A stretch of 64,000 nucleotides of DNA from Eledone cirrhosa (lineage: Eukaryota), in contig OZ024741.1 in the NCBI GenBank assembly GCA_964016885.1, positions 219,790,001 through 219,854,000 on the forward strand. The letters are read 5' to 3'. How positions within the stretch are numbered: the stretch's first letter is position 1; every line of letters starts with the position of its first letter. The translations under genes and the position numbers were made by a program. This document shows positions 40,962-55,100 of the stretch, piece after piece. The notes below the pieces were generated by a model that was not told the origin of the DNA, made no database searches, and saw only the letters and a program-made list of their open reading frames with translations.

Positions 40962-41031
40962 TATTTTATCTGAAGAGAACACAATTCCTGTCCCAGGATG
41001 ATTTTGTATTCGAAATACGTATAATAAAATA
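40962..41031 (+). ncRNA. Type I hammerhead ribozyme (family F3), with its 5' part duplicated in inverted orientation at 40873-40902
   Basis: TATTTTAT-CTGAAGA-GAAcACAA...TTGTaTTC-GAAA-T-acgt-A-TA^ATAAAATA; stem I 8 bp; palindromic ACGT loop. Confidence 0.82.
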
Positions 41032-41161
41032 TATGGAACTCTTATAACCATCTTTTATTTCATCTTTATTATATATACTCTAGTTCTACCAATTGTCGAG
41101 TGCTACTTATCTGATATATGCATAGTTTTATTGTTCTACAATATTACTCACCTTCTATATA

Positions 41162-41210
<49 letters not shown>

Positions 41211-41214
<4 letters not shown>

Positions 41215-41420
41215 TTAATATAGATGAGATTCTACAGGACTAGAAATGTTTCATTCTTTAGAAATCATCAGGAATATAACTATAATTATATTCCTGATGA
41301 TTTCTAAAGAATGAAACAGTTCTAGTCCTGTAGAATCTCATCTATATTAAAACTTTTATACTCTGCTATGTATTGAGTACCTTACTTACTGTGGTTACCT
41401 CCGATTCAACCCGGAATAAC

Positions 41421-41421
<1 letters not shown>
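41211..41421. mobile_element. Palindromic element (41211-41354) with back-to-back hammerheads (family F4), between (TA)n tracts
   Basis: Plus strand 41290-41336: ATTC-CTGATGA-tTTC-taaa-GAAt-GAAA-CAG-ttctagtc-CTG-TA^GAAT; mirror copy on the minus strand at 41229-41275. Confidence 0.82.
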
Positions 41422-41483
<62 letters not shown>

Positions 41484-41719
41484 TGTGTGTGTGTGTGAGT
41501 GTGTGTGTGTGTGTGTGTGTACGTGTGTGTGTACGTGTGCATACTTACAATTATATATCAGCTGTGCTACGGCGAGAAATAAAATTCTAATTTTATTTTT
41601 TTCTAAAGTCGTTTTACACATGTGTTTGATTTTACAGAACACAGAAAAAGTTGATACTATTTGAAATAAATCTACGATATATATACATTTATCATGTTAT
41701 TATTAACATAATTCAGAAT

Positions 41720-42100
41720 ATGAGACGGGAAACAAAAAGATTAAGGCAAGAAGAAAAACTATTGCAACAAACAGAGGTTCAATATGAAAATCACCAAGAG
41801 GTAATGACAGTTGCGATGCAAATTCGACGAGCACAAATGACTCTTCGAGGCAGAATAAACTGGCTAAGAGCTGCGTTTTCATATGATCCATCGAAGAATT
41901 ATAGAAATGATCCTAAAGTCACGATTGGTAGCATGGATATTACACTTGGCATGTGTTGCTTAGGAGGAAAGGTCAGCCTTCCTCTGATAGAGGACCCTCC
42001 AGCTTTTATCCATATACTGCTTACAGACCGTACTAACGAAGCTAAACACTTCAGAAGCAATGTTATGCGGTATATTGGTGCGTTTCAGATGACCTCCTAT
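41720..42100 (+). mobile_element. Helitron N-terminal (Zn-binding region) fragment
   Basis: AAFSYDP...VTIGSMD...GMCCLGGKVSLP...PP...KHFRSNVMRYIGAFQMTS; the usual CxxC segment appears deleted. Confidence 0.85.
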
Positions 42101-42174
42101 CTGTGTGTGTGTGACTGTATGTGTGACTGTCTCTATCGGTATGCGTGTGATTGTCTCTGTGTTTCTGTATGTTT

Positions 42175-42223
<49 letters not shown>

Positions 42224-42639
42224 TGTGGCTGTCACTACCTCTACGTGTGTATGTGTGGATGGGTGTGGGGTGTCTCTGTGTGTATGTATGAGTGTGTCTG
42301 AGCTTTTTATGTGGGTTTATATGTGTGTGTGCACACGTGCATGTAGTGTATATGTGTATGTGTTTATATACGAGTGTGTATGTGTGTGTATGTGTGTGTG
42401 TTTGTGCGTTTATGAGTGTTATCAGTGAGAGTATGTTCGACTGAGTTTATGTGGTTATTAATGTGTATATAAGTGTGTATACAAGTACCACATTTAGTTT
42501 ACGCCCCAAATCGATATTTTTGTCTCAAGTGTCTTTTAGAAAATCGATATCATTTTCTTTTATACATGTTCCCACATTAATCGACAGACGTGTTATCTTT
42601 ATGGTGATTATCAGACAAGAATATCATGTCTTATGGGAA

Positions 42640-43715
<1,076 letters not shown>

Positions 43716-43970
43716 AAAGGAAACAAACTAAAAATATAAATATTCTTCGTTGCGTAACTGACTTAACCCGTCATCCGGTTTAACTGCATCACCCGGCCCT
43801 TGGTTGTTTTTAAGGATGTCCACCCTGCTGTCAACTTTCGGCCCATATTTGCAATCTGAGAATACCTTCTTCTAACACTCAGAGATGCCCTTCGAAGGTT
43901 TTTGGAGGGCGCTAACCACCCCCCTTCAACAAAGTGGCAATAAAAGTAATTCTTCTACTAAATCTTTGCT

Positions 43971-44322
43971 AGGAGTTGTGACTAACAGTTAGTATCAGCA
44001 ATGGAAAGACCAATGGAAACATTGTTTCCTGGGTTTGATCTGATGACCAACTCCTTTCTTCTGCCAGGAGTTGCGAGTGTCAGGGAGTATCAGCAATGGA
44101 AATACCAGTGGAAATATTGATTCCTTTGTCTGGTCTGATAAACAGCTCCTTTTTTCTGCAAGGAGTTGTGACCGGCAGATAGTATCAACAATGGAAAGAC
44201 CGATGGAAACATTGTTTCCTTGGTCTGGTCTGATAAACAGCTCCTTTTTTCTACCAGGAGTTGCGATCGGTAGATAGTATCAACAACGGAAATACCAATA
44301 GAAACATAGTTTCCTTGGTTCG
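43971..44322. repeat. 95-bp tandem repeat (about 3.7 copies)
   Basis: aggagttg recurs at 43971, 44066, 44161 and 44256. Confidence 0.9.
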
Positions 44323-45504
44323 AGTTGACAAGTTCCACCCCACTCAGTTACCGAATTAGGTCTAGGATTTTGTCGATTGTTCTAAAGCAATGCTATGAAG
44401 ATATGAAGAAAGTAATTTGTTTTAGAACGTTTACGTGTTCAAAAGTAAAAAAAAAAAAAAATAAACAACCCAAAACAACGACAAAAACATCAACATTTTC
44501 TATCGTAAAAACATACTACACATGAACATTTTAATGTGAAAGAATATTTATTAATTTACCTTAATTATAAATTAGTCAAACTTACAGAAATAGAAAGCAG
44601 TATTGGAAAGGACTATGTATGCTATACATGTGAGGGAAAAAAGGGGAAGAGCAAGGACTATTAGAAAAATGAAAACAAAACAATGTCTGATTGGTCATTG
44701 ACGTTCTTTTTTAGTCATATGTTACTAAAACATTCTCATTATGTTCGACAAACAGGAATCAGAAGCAAACGAAATAAATGACCAGCTCAAGCGTCTCTAA
44801 CATTTTAAAACGTCGTCAACGTATTTTTGTGTTTCTGTTGTGTGGAATCTTGTTTCTGTTACATTACAACGATGGTGGGTAAGTTTTGCAACTTTTAATG
44901 TATAAATTATTATCTATTCTTATATGGTCTTAGTCCTCTATTCTTTCGTCATCCATGACGACTGTAAATTAATTACTACTAGACATTTACCGCAGTCTAC
45001 TCAAACGACTATATAAACATATTTTCACTCCCTAATGTGTTGCTTTTTGTCAATGTAAACACGTAATATATAAATGACAGTCACACAGATCGAACTTGCC
45101 TTTTGACCTGTAGGGGCTCTCAAAACCTATAAATTAATATGTAACAAACGTGTACTGACATCTGTCAAACCTACTGAACATACCCCTTTTCTAATAAATT
45201 CGTAGCTTTGTTCCAATGTAAGAAATCAATATATATGTATATCTAACTATTGCTCAGATCGAATATGCGTTTTTTCATCCGACATATTCGTTGATACATA
45301 AAGTTCACAAATCAATAAGTAACAGGCATTTTCTAGCAATTGATTCAAAGAACGAGTCATTGTCATTGGTGATCATTGATCGAACAGATCAATCATCCAA
45401 TTTCTTTTTACAAGTATTTAGAATTGTATTATTCATTGTGTCCTTCATTTTATTTAAAGAGGGTAGTATGTCATTTGATGTAATTTAGCTCCTATTTCTT
45501 GCAG

Positions 45505-45540
45505 GCTAAGCAGCCACCTAGCTGGTTCGCTTGTGTCATG
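45505..45540 (+). other. Candidate 36-bp exon ending in ATG
   Basis: ctcctatttcttgcag| acceptor and atg|gtaagt donor in non-repetitive sequence; upstream donor tgg|gtaagt at 44879. Confidence 0.45.
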
Positions 45541-45686
45541 GTAAGTAACGAATATACCTGTAATCTGTATAAATACGTACATAAATATTTATGTATACGT
45601 GTTCATAAAAAGATTTAAGAGCCAGCATTACTCAGCCATAGATTTTCACAAAACAAAAACCGAGAGCGCTTGAAAATGTTTTAATA

Positions 45687-45828
45687 TAATTGTTTCTACT
45701 TTAGGCAGAAGGCCAGCAATAACCCAGTACATTACTGGTACTTTATTTTATCGACCCCGTAAGGATGAAAGGCAAAGTTAACCTCGGCGGGATTTGAACT
45801 CAGAATGGCAAGGGCCGTAACTCTATGC
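45687..45828 (-). mobile_element. SINE copy (5'-truncated)
   Basis: Same consensus as 3849-4065. Confidence 0.88.
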
Positions 45829-46551
45829 GTCAATATAATAGTAGTTGTTGTTTATTCCTATCTGAACACCAATCAAGCAGAGCTATTATCAAAAGCGTTC
45901 CAGCCATAACCATTCCATCCTTTAAAAGACTTATGGGACTAAATTATCAAATATATCTTTCCCGTTTATACGTTTATTAATCTATGAGTGAGTCATGGGA
46001 GGGTTAAATGCAAGAAGCACATGACTAGCGAAAGGCAAAGAACAGAGGCAACAATGGTGGGTGAGGTAGACAGAGGTGACATGACGGCTGTGGGTAAGAT
46101 GATGGAGAGTGTTAACAAGTGACTTCATGTCTATCAATTGCGTCGTATATTTTAGATATGATCTAGGGCGTGCAGAACGTAGAGTAACATAGATGATCAC
46201 CTTAAATCAGAGAGCTGCATTCCACGACAAATATCATTTGATCTTTGTATAGAGTTAGTAAATGGTAAGAAGTGAAGTATTTTGAGGTGGTAGAGTGGAC
46301 TTTAACATAGATCGGTCTGCTACTTCCGGAAGTAATAGTTGTTCTTTAGTTTCCGAATCCTTACTGATCCAGTAAAACTATGACAAAAGACAGCCCAACC
46401 GGGACCACTCCGCTACATTAGCAACTGTATTGTCCAATGTATCCTTGCTGATTAAGAATATGGGTTGTGATTTGAGGGAAATGTCAATGCTATTTCTAGG
46501 AGTTTGAGGAGCCGCATTGAGACTTCCTTGTTTGTGCGTTTATGTAGTGAT

Positions 46552-46868
46552 TGTTGTAATCGGTGTCACACTACTCTACAGGTGTTGTAATCGGTGTCAC
46601 ACTACTGACAGGTGTTGTAATCGGTGTCACACTACTGACAGGTGTTGTAATCGGTGTCACACTACTCTACAGGTGTTGTAATCGGTGTCACACTACTGAC
46701 AGGTGTTGTAATCGGTGTCACACTACTGACAGGTATTGTAATCGGTGTCACACTACTGACAGGTGTTGTAGTTGGTGTCACACTACTGACAGGTGTTGTA
46801 ATCGGTGTCACACTACTGACAGGTGTTGTAATCGGTGTCACACTACTGACAGGTGTTGTAGTTGGTGT
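46552..46868. repeat. 30-bp minisatellite, about 10 copies (ggtgttgtaatcggtgtcacactactgaca)
   Basis: Direct periodicity; two units are 31 bp. Confidence 0.96.
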
Positions 46869-46968
46869 TTTATTCATTTCAAATCATCTGTGACCTAGCA
46901 GGCTTATGTTCCCAAGCTTTCCGTCCTTGACATGTTATATTAAAAGGACATAAAACAATACTCTATAC

Positions 46969-47161
46969 CAGGCATGTCAAACATGCGGCCCTTTATAAGC
47001 ACACCTGCGGCCCGCTCAAAGGAATTTACAGTGCGAGTTTTATCTTCATAATATAAAATTTAAAAAAATAGTTGTAATGTGCGCAATTAGTTGTCGTGTG
47101 CGGCCTCCAGACAATATGTGACAGATGTGGCCGTCGGGGGAACCTCAGTTTGACATGCCTG
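46969..47161. mobile_element. hAT (Charlie-like) MITE, 193 bp
   Basis: Perfect 14-bp TIRs CAGGCATGTCAAAC / GTTTGACATGCCTG; exact 8-bp TSD CTCTATAC (46961-46968, 47162-47169). Confidence 0.95.
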
Positions 47162-47417
47162 CTCTATACATCTGTCACTTAGCAGGCTTATGTTCTCAAG
47201 CTTTCCGTCCGTGACAATGTTATATTAAAGGGACATAACACAATACTCTATAGAATGTATGAGGCTACTTCATTGGTTCTTCTGAAGTTTTGATTGAAGT
47301 AAATATCACTAATGATCCACTAGATGTTAAGCTATTCCACAATCTTGTTTGAGGACCTCTGCCAGAAACCAGCCTTCTTGTTGATTCTGTATTGGGCTAC
47401 ATGTAAACAATACATTG

Positions 47418-48385
47418 TCACCACCACCACTACCACCTACACCACCACAATGTATACTAGAACTTCAACACCGCCACCACCACTAACACTACCACCATCA
47501 CCACCACCACCACAACCACCACCACCACCACCACCACCACCACCACTACTACCATCATCACCACCACCACCATCACCACCACCACCACAACCACCACAAC
47601 CACCACCACTACCACCACTACCACCACTACCACTAACACCATCACCACCATCACCACCACCATCACCCCCACCACAACCACTACCACCATCACCACCACC
47701 ACAACCACTACCACCATCACCACCACCACAACCACCACCACCACAAACACTAACACCACCACCACCACAAACACTAACACCACCACTACCACAAAGTATA
47801 CTAGAACTTCAACATCACCACCACAACAACAACCACCATCATTGCCACAAACACCACCACTACAGCCACCACCACCACCGCCACAAACACCACCACCACA
47901 ACAACCACCACCATCGCCACAAACACCACCACCACAACAACCACCATCATCGCCACAAAAACCACCACCACAACCACCACCACCATCGCCACAAACACCA
48001 CCACCACAACAACCACCACCATCGCCACAACCACCACCACCACAACAACCACCACCATCGCCACAAAAACCACCACCACAACAACCACCACCATCGCCAC
48101 AACCACCACCACCACAACAACCACCACCATCGCCACAACCACCAACACCGCAACAACCACCACCACCACAACAACCACCGCCATCGCCACAAACATCACC
48201 ACCACAACAACCACCACCATCGCCACAACCACCACCACCACAACAACCACCACCATCGACACAAACACCACCACCACAACAACCACCACCATCGCCACAA
48301 ACACCACTACCAGCAACACCACCACCACACCACCACCACCTGAACCACCACCACCACCACACCGCCTAAACAACAACCACCACCA
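47418..48385. repeat. (CAC)n-derived array with a 36-bp higher-order unit in its distal half
   Basis: acaccaccaccacaacaaccaccaccatcgccacaa is repeated; source of the poly-P/H/G/V ORFs. Confidence 0.93.
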
Positions 48386-48459
48386 CAACAGAGAAAGATT
48401 AAACGCCACCACATAAAAAAAGTATGAAAGCCGCCACCACTTGGATAAAATATTGGTAA

Positions 48460-48680
48460 ATAATGGTTTCTTATATAGGCACAAGGTCAGTAATTTGAGG
48501 AGAAAGGAAAGTCGATTAAATCGACCCCAGTGCGTGACTGGTATTTTATTTTATCGACCCCATAAGGATGAAAGGCAAAGTTAACCTCGGCGGGATTTGA
48601 GCTCAGATCATAAAGAGCCGTAACTCTATGCTGCAAAGCATGGCGTCCGACCCTCTTCCAATATTGCCAATCCACCGCCC
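48460..48680 (-). mobile_element. Full-length tRNA-derived SINE copy
   Basis: Complete head (GGCGGTGGATTGGCA...), central domain and tail. Confidence 0.9.
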
Positions 48681-48734
48681 TCAAAATATTGGTAAATATT
48701 AATTGGTAGAATATACATTGTGACCGGCTGGGAC

Positions 48735-51170
48735 ACTTCTACACTGTCATCAACTAGGACATAATTAAACTGTGGCGAATTGAGACACTACTACACTGTC
48801 ATCAACTGGGGACATAATTAAACTGTGATTAACTGGGACACAACTACACTGTCACCATCTGGGAAATAACTACACTGTGATTAACTGGGACACAACTACA
48901 CTGTCACCATATGGGACATAATTACACTGTGGTTAACTGGGACACAACTACACTGTCACCATCTGGGACATAACTACACTGTGATTAACTGGGACACAAC
49001 TACACTGCCACCATCTGGGACACAACTACACTGTGATTAACTGGGACACAACTACATTGTCACCGTCTGGGACATAATTACAGTGTGGCTAACTGGGACA
49101 CAACTACACTGTCATCAACTGGGACATAACTACACTGTGATTAACTGGGACACAACTACACTGTGACTATTTGGGACATAATTACACTGTGGTTAACTGG
49201 GACACAACTACACTGTCACCATCTGGGACATAACTACACTGTTACCATCTGTGATATAACTACACTGTGATTAACTGGGACACAACTACACTGTCACCAT
49301 CTGGGACATACTTACTCTGTGGTTAACTGGGACAAAACTACACTGTCATCAAATGGGACATAACTACACTGTGATTAACTGGGACACAACTGCACTGTCA
49401 CTATCTGGGACATAATTACACTGTGATTAACTGGAAAACAACTACACTTCACCATCTGGGACATAATTACACTGTAGCGAATTGAAATACAAAACACTGT
49501 CCCCATCAGGGACATAATTAAACTGTGATTAACTGGGACACAACCTCACTGTCACCATCTGGGACATAATTACAGTGGCGAATTGAGACACAACTGCACT
49601 GTCACTATCTGGGACATAACTATACTGTGATTAACTGGGAAACAACTACACTGTCATCAACTGGGACATAATTACACTGTGCCGAATTGAGACACAACCA
49701 ATCTGTCATCAATGTAATATAACTTTACTGTGACCAAATGAGATACAACTACACTGTCACAAACTGAAACACATCTACACTGTCACTAACTAGGACATAA
49801 CTATATGTGACTAGCTGGGCCACATACAAAGTGTGACCACTTGAGCTAAACAAACTGTGACAAAACTACACTGTCACCAACTGGGGAATTTCTATATTGT
49901 AGTGAATTGCGAAACAACTACTCTGTAATCAACAGGGATACAACTTTACTGGGATCAACTGGGACACAGCTTAAGTGTGACCACTTGTGACAAACTACAC
50001 TAACAAATTGGTAGACAATTATATAGTAACCAGGTGGAATCCAGTTTCACTCTTAACAACTGAGACATATCTACAGTATGAATAAGTGAAACATATTTAC
50101 ATTGTGAAAAAGTGGAACACAAATATACAGCATCCAAATAAGCCACACTTACACTGTGACCATTATAATTTGTCGATCGACTTTCGTCAAATCGGCCCGT
50201 GGAAATAATGTTTCCGTTGGTCTTTCCAATTGCTAATACTATCTATCGGTCGCAACTCCAGGTAGAAGGAGCAACGTGAAATGAAGAGTCTTGCTCAAGG
50301 GCATAACGCATGGCCCGGTCTGGGAATCGAACTAACAACCTCACGATTGCGAATCCAGTTCTCTAATCAATCAGCCATACGCCTTCACACTGTGACCAGG
50401 TAAGTCATAAATAACCCTAACATTCACCAGGCACAACTATATTGTGACAAGTTAGTTATGATTGCACTGTGGCCAAATGTGACATAATAACACTGTGGCA
50501 AATTGAGACACAACCACACTCTCTTGTCAACATACATACAGCTTTACTGTGACCAAATTGGATACACTTATACTGCGACCAGCTGGGTCAAAACTACGTT
50601 GGGACCAACTGTGACACAATTACACTGTCATTAACTGGGACATAACTACATTGCCACTAGATGGGATAAAACTGCACTGGGAAACAACTACACTGTAGCC
50701 AACTGTGAAACAGATGCACTGTCACCAACTGAGACACAATTATACAGTAAGTAACTGGGATAAAACTACACTGAGGCCAACTGGGACACAACTACACTGT
50801 TATTAACTGACTCACAACTGCACTGTGAACAACTGGGTCACAACTACAATGGGACCAGCTGCGTCACAACTACACTGTGATCAGCTGGGTCACAACTACA
50901 CTGGGACCAACTGGGACAGAACTACACTGTGATCAGCTGGGTCACAACTACACTGGGACCAACTGCGACACAACTACACTGTTATTAACTAGCTCACAAC
51001 TACACTGTGATCAGCTGGGTCACAACTACACTGGGACCAACTGCGACACAACTACACTGTTATTAACTAGCTCACAACTACACTGTGATCAGCTGGGTCA
51101 CAACTACACTGGGACCAACTGGGACATAATCACACAGTAAGCAACTGCGAAATAACTACACTGGGACCAA
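48735..51170. repeat. 26-bp satellite with 52-bp and 78-bp higher-order organisation, interrupted by a SINE
   Basis: ctgggacacaactacactgtcaccat alternates with ctgggacataattacactgtgattaa; a 78-bp trimer is repeated at about 50935-51120. Confidence 0.92.
50190..50388 (-). mobile_element. Second tRNA-derived SINE family (CORE-like)
   Basis: Minus strand: ggcgtatggctgattgattag (A box)...gttcgattcc (B box)...gttatgcccttgagcaagactctt. Confidence 0.78.
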
Positions 51171-51569
51171 CTTGGACTTTGTATCATAATATTGCAATTG
51201 TGTGTTATGAGGTGTAAGTATATTCTTTGTGGTCTGGTGCTAATAATCATTCTGACCAACTCCCTTAACGTCTAGCATCAAAGAAAGTACCTTAAGGGAC
51301 AACAAACAACTACACTCTCACTAAATGACAGACCAACTCTATTGTCATCCAACAATATTGTACTTACCTGAAAAATATCCTATCAACAAAAGGCAAATCA
51401 ACTACACTGACATTAAACGGTAGGTCAACTCCTCTTGCACTAATCAATACACCAACTATATTACCATCATAAAACATCAAATGTAGATCAGCGACTAATA
51501 ACTACACTTAGAAAAATGATACAGAAATGTGTACCGTCATTTAACACCTTACAACAAAAATGTCTTCAA

Positions 51570-51992
51570 ATGACAAACAACAACAACACTGTCCCGACAA
51601 AATGCTACACAAAGAGTCATCAGAACACAAACAACAACAGATATCACACACCACATACAACAACACTAATCAAACACACACGCGAACACTGTCAACAAAC
51701 AACAGAAACAACAACACTGTCACCACTTTACACACAACACGGCTTCTACGCTGCACACAACACTGCCACCATGCTACACATAACACTGTCACCACGCTAC
51801 ACACAACACTATACACAACACTGTTACCACACTATACACAACACTGTCATCACACTACATACAATACTGTCATCACACTACATACAACAACACTGTTACC
51901 ACACTACACACAACACTGTCACCACACTATACACAACACTGTCATCACACTACACACAACAAAACTGTCACCCCAATACACACAACACTGTT
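51570..51992. repeat. Degenerate approx. 23-bp repeat (acacaacactgtcaccacactac)
   Basis: Recurrent caacactgt(c/t)a motif. Confidence 0.8.
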
Positions 51993-52139
51993 ACGAATCG
52001 ATAATTGACACGAATCAAAGCTTCGTAATTCATCGTCTTGTAAGTGGATTTCGTTTATGATTAATCAATGATTGTTTTCTCTTTCTGATCGTACAGATAC
52101 CGCCGATTATCTAAACATGAAAGATGAGGAGAAATAATT

Positions 52140-55100
52140 TAGCACATCCCTTACTATATTTCGGCAGAAACGCAGCCATTTTCTTTCCTAATTTCTGCTT
52201 AACCACACAACCCTTTCCTTACCATATTTCTACTGAAAGACACAGCCCTTTCCTTACCATGTTTCTGCTTAAATACAGCCCATCCCTCGCCATATTTCTT
52301 TTGAAACTCACAGATCTCTCCTAACCACATTTTTTTTAAAACACACAGCCCGTTCCTTTCCACATTTTTGCAGAAACATACAAACCTTTCCTTACCATAT
52401 TTCTGCTGAAACATACAAACCTTTCTTTACCCTATCCCTACTGAATCACACTACCCATTTCTTACCATATTTCTGCTAAAACACAGCCCACTCTTTACCA
52501 TATTTCTACAGAAATATACAGCCCTTTCCTTACCATATTTATGCTTACAGCACTTTAATTACCATATTTCAGCAGAAACAGCCCTTTCATTACCATATTT
52601 CTACAGAATCATACAGACCTATCATTACGATATTTTTTGATAAAAACACAGCTCTCTCCAAAATATGTTTCTGCTGAACACAACTCTTTCTTTACCATAT
52701 TTCTGCATGTAAACAGACCTTTCCATACCAAACTTCTATTAAAAAAACATTTTCCATACCATATTTCTAGTGTAAAACACAGCCCTTCCTTATCATATTT
52801 CTACTCAAGCACACAGCATTATCTTTACTATATTTCTACTAAATACACAGCTTTTTCCTTACAATATTTTGGGTGAAACCACAACCCCTTCCATGCCATA
52901 TATCTGATGAAGTCCACAGCCCTTTTCTAGAGACGCACACAGTACTTTACTTACCATATTTTTGCTGAAACACAAAGACCTTTCCTTACCATATGTGTAC
53001 TTGAACACACACTCCTTTCCTTACCATAGCTCTGCAGAAACACAGAGCCCTTTTTTTTACCCTATTTCAGTTGAAACACAGTTTTCTCATCACACTATTC
53101 CCGATGAAACACCCAGCACTTTCCTTACCACATTCCTACTGATATATATGTAGCCAAATCTGTCCACGCCTTGAACCTTGGGTGACACCTAAAAGTCAAA
53201 CTCTAGGTCACCACCCTTTTGGTGTGAACAGTTCATGCGTGGGCTGTCCCCTCAAGGTGGGAGACAGAAAGCAACAGGTATATAAAGCCTATATTTTCCA
53301 ACCTTAGATACAGAAATATCGGAGCATTACGCTAGCAACAAGCTATGTAAAGATCACCGCTATCTACAGGCCACAGTGGTCTATAGTTAACTACAGACCA
53401 TTACTCTCTTTCTCTCACTATGGTCTCAGACTACACCAGCCTCATGAACCAACAACAAAAATAACATTGTCAACCTTTGCAACTCGTGGTAATATGTTTA
53501 TCGTTCTTTTTGACTGAAGTGAAGTTTTATCATATCGTACCATATAGATGAGAAGCTTAGTAATTATATATTGCTGAGAAAGTTGTTGATGGTGGCCATG
53601 TTGAAAAAAAGTTGCGTGTTGTTTTCTTTTGTTTTTTTTATATATCACTTCGTATTTTTTTAAATATATTTATCACGTCGGGGTCACCAATTTAACGAAG
53701 GGTATTAGTAGTAGTTGTTAGATGGATTATCATGGTTGTTAGATGAAATATCAAGAATGGCCGATTTACTTTGCATATAAAGGTTTACTTCACTTCAATC
53801 AAAAAGAACAATAAACATATTACGACGAGTTGCGAAGGTTGACAATGTTATTTTTGTTGTTGGTTCATGAGGCTGGTGTAGTCTAAGACCATAGTGAGAG
53901 AGAGAGAGTAATGGTCTGTAGTTGACTGTAGACCACTGTGGCCTGTAGATAGCGGTGATCTTTACATAGCTTGTTGCTATCATAATGCTCCGATCTCTCT
54001 GTATCTAAGGTGGGAAAATATAGGCTTTATATACCTGTCACTTTCTGTCTCCCACCTTGAGGGAATAGCCCATGCATGAACCTGTTCACACCAAAAGGGT
54101 GGTGACCTAGAATTTGACCTTTAGGTGTCACCCAAGTTTCAAGGCGTGGACAGATTTCGCTACCCTTCCTTACGATATATCTGCAGAAACACACAGCCCG
54201 TTTCTTAACATATTTTTACAAAAACAGCAGTTTCTCACCATATTTCTGCTGAATCACACAGCTATTTTATTATTATATTTCTGGTGAAATACACAACCCC
54301 TTCCTTACTATATTCCGACTAAAAGAAATAATAATTTCGTAACATGCTAAAAGATACCGCACTTTTCTTATCATATATCTAGATATAAAAAAACAGCGCT
54401 TTTCTAATCATATATCTAGAGAAATACACAACCATTTTATTAACATATTTCTACAGAAACACACATCACTTTCCATACTATAGTTCTGCTTAATCACAAC
54501 CCATTCCTTACCCTATTTCTCTTTAACCACACAGCCCATTCCATTCCACATTTCTTTACTTAGACATCTCTGATGAAACACACAGACATTTCCTAACCCT
54601 ATTTGTGCTGAAAAACACTGCTCGTTTCTTACCATATTTCTGCTGAAACACGCAGCCCATCCATTACTAAATTTTCGCTGAAATCCACAGCCCTTTCCTT
54701 ACCATATTTCTGGTGAAACACACAGCCTCTTCCTTACCTTATTTCCACACAAACATACAGCTATTTTCATACCACTTTTCTCATAGAACACAACACGTTC
54801 CTTACAATATTTCTACTGAAACACACAGGACATTCCTTGCCATATTTCTACTAAATACACAGCCCTTCTTTTACATATCGGCTGAAACACACAAAACCTT
54901 CCTTACCACATTTCTCTTGAAAAACAGAGCCCTTTCCTAGGCATATTTCTACGAAACACAGATATTTTCTTACTATATATCTAAAGAAACCCAGAGCTCT
55001 CTTCCTAACATATTTCTGCAGGAACACACAACACATCCCTAAGCATATATCTGAAGAAGCAGACTGCCCTTTCCTTACAATATTTCTGGTGAAGTACACA

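Noticed and set aside
44035-44080. CTGATGA followed by a hairpin (caactcct/aggagttg) as a hammerhead
   Set aside because: No GAAA follows stem II, and the other units read ctgataa.
47324-48484. Pro/His-rich (extensin-like) and Gly/Cys-rich ORFs
   Set aside because: A (CAC)n-derived array lacks stops in most frames on both strands; no convincing splice or start context.
48600-48680. tRNA genes at SINE heads (also 43381-43438 and 1575-1650)
   Set aside because: A and B boxes are present but there is no complete cloverleaf; they are SINE-derived or degenerate.
52097-52137. Possible plus-strand terminal exon (D)TADYLNMKDEEK*
   Set aside because: A plausible acceptor only; no phase-compatible upstream exon could be supported.
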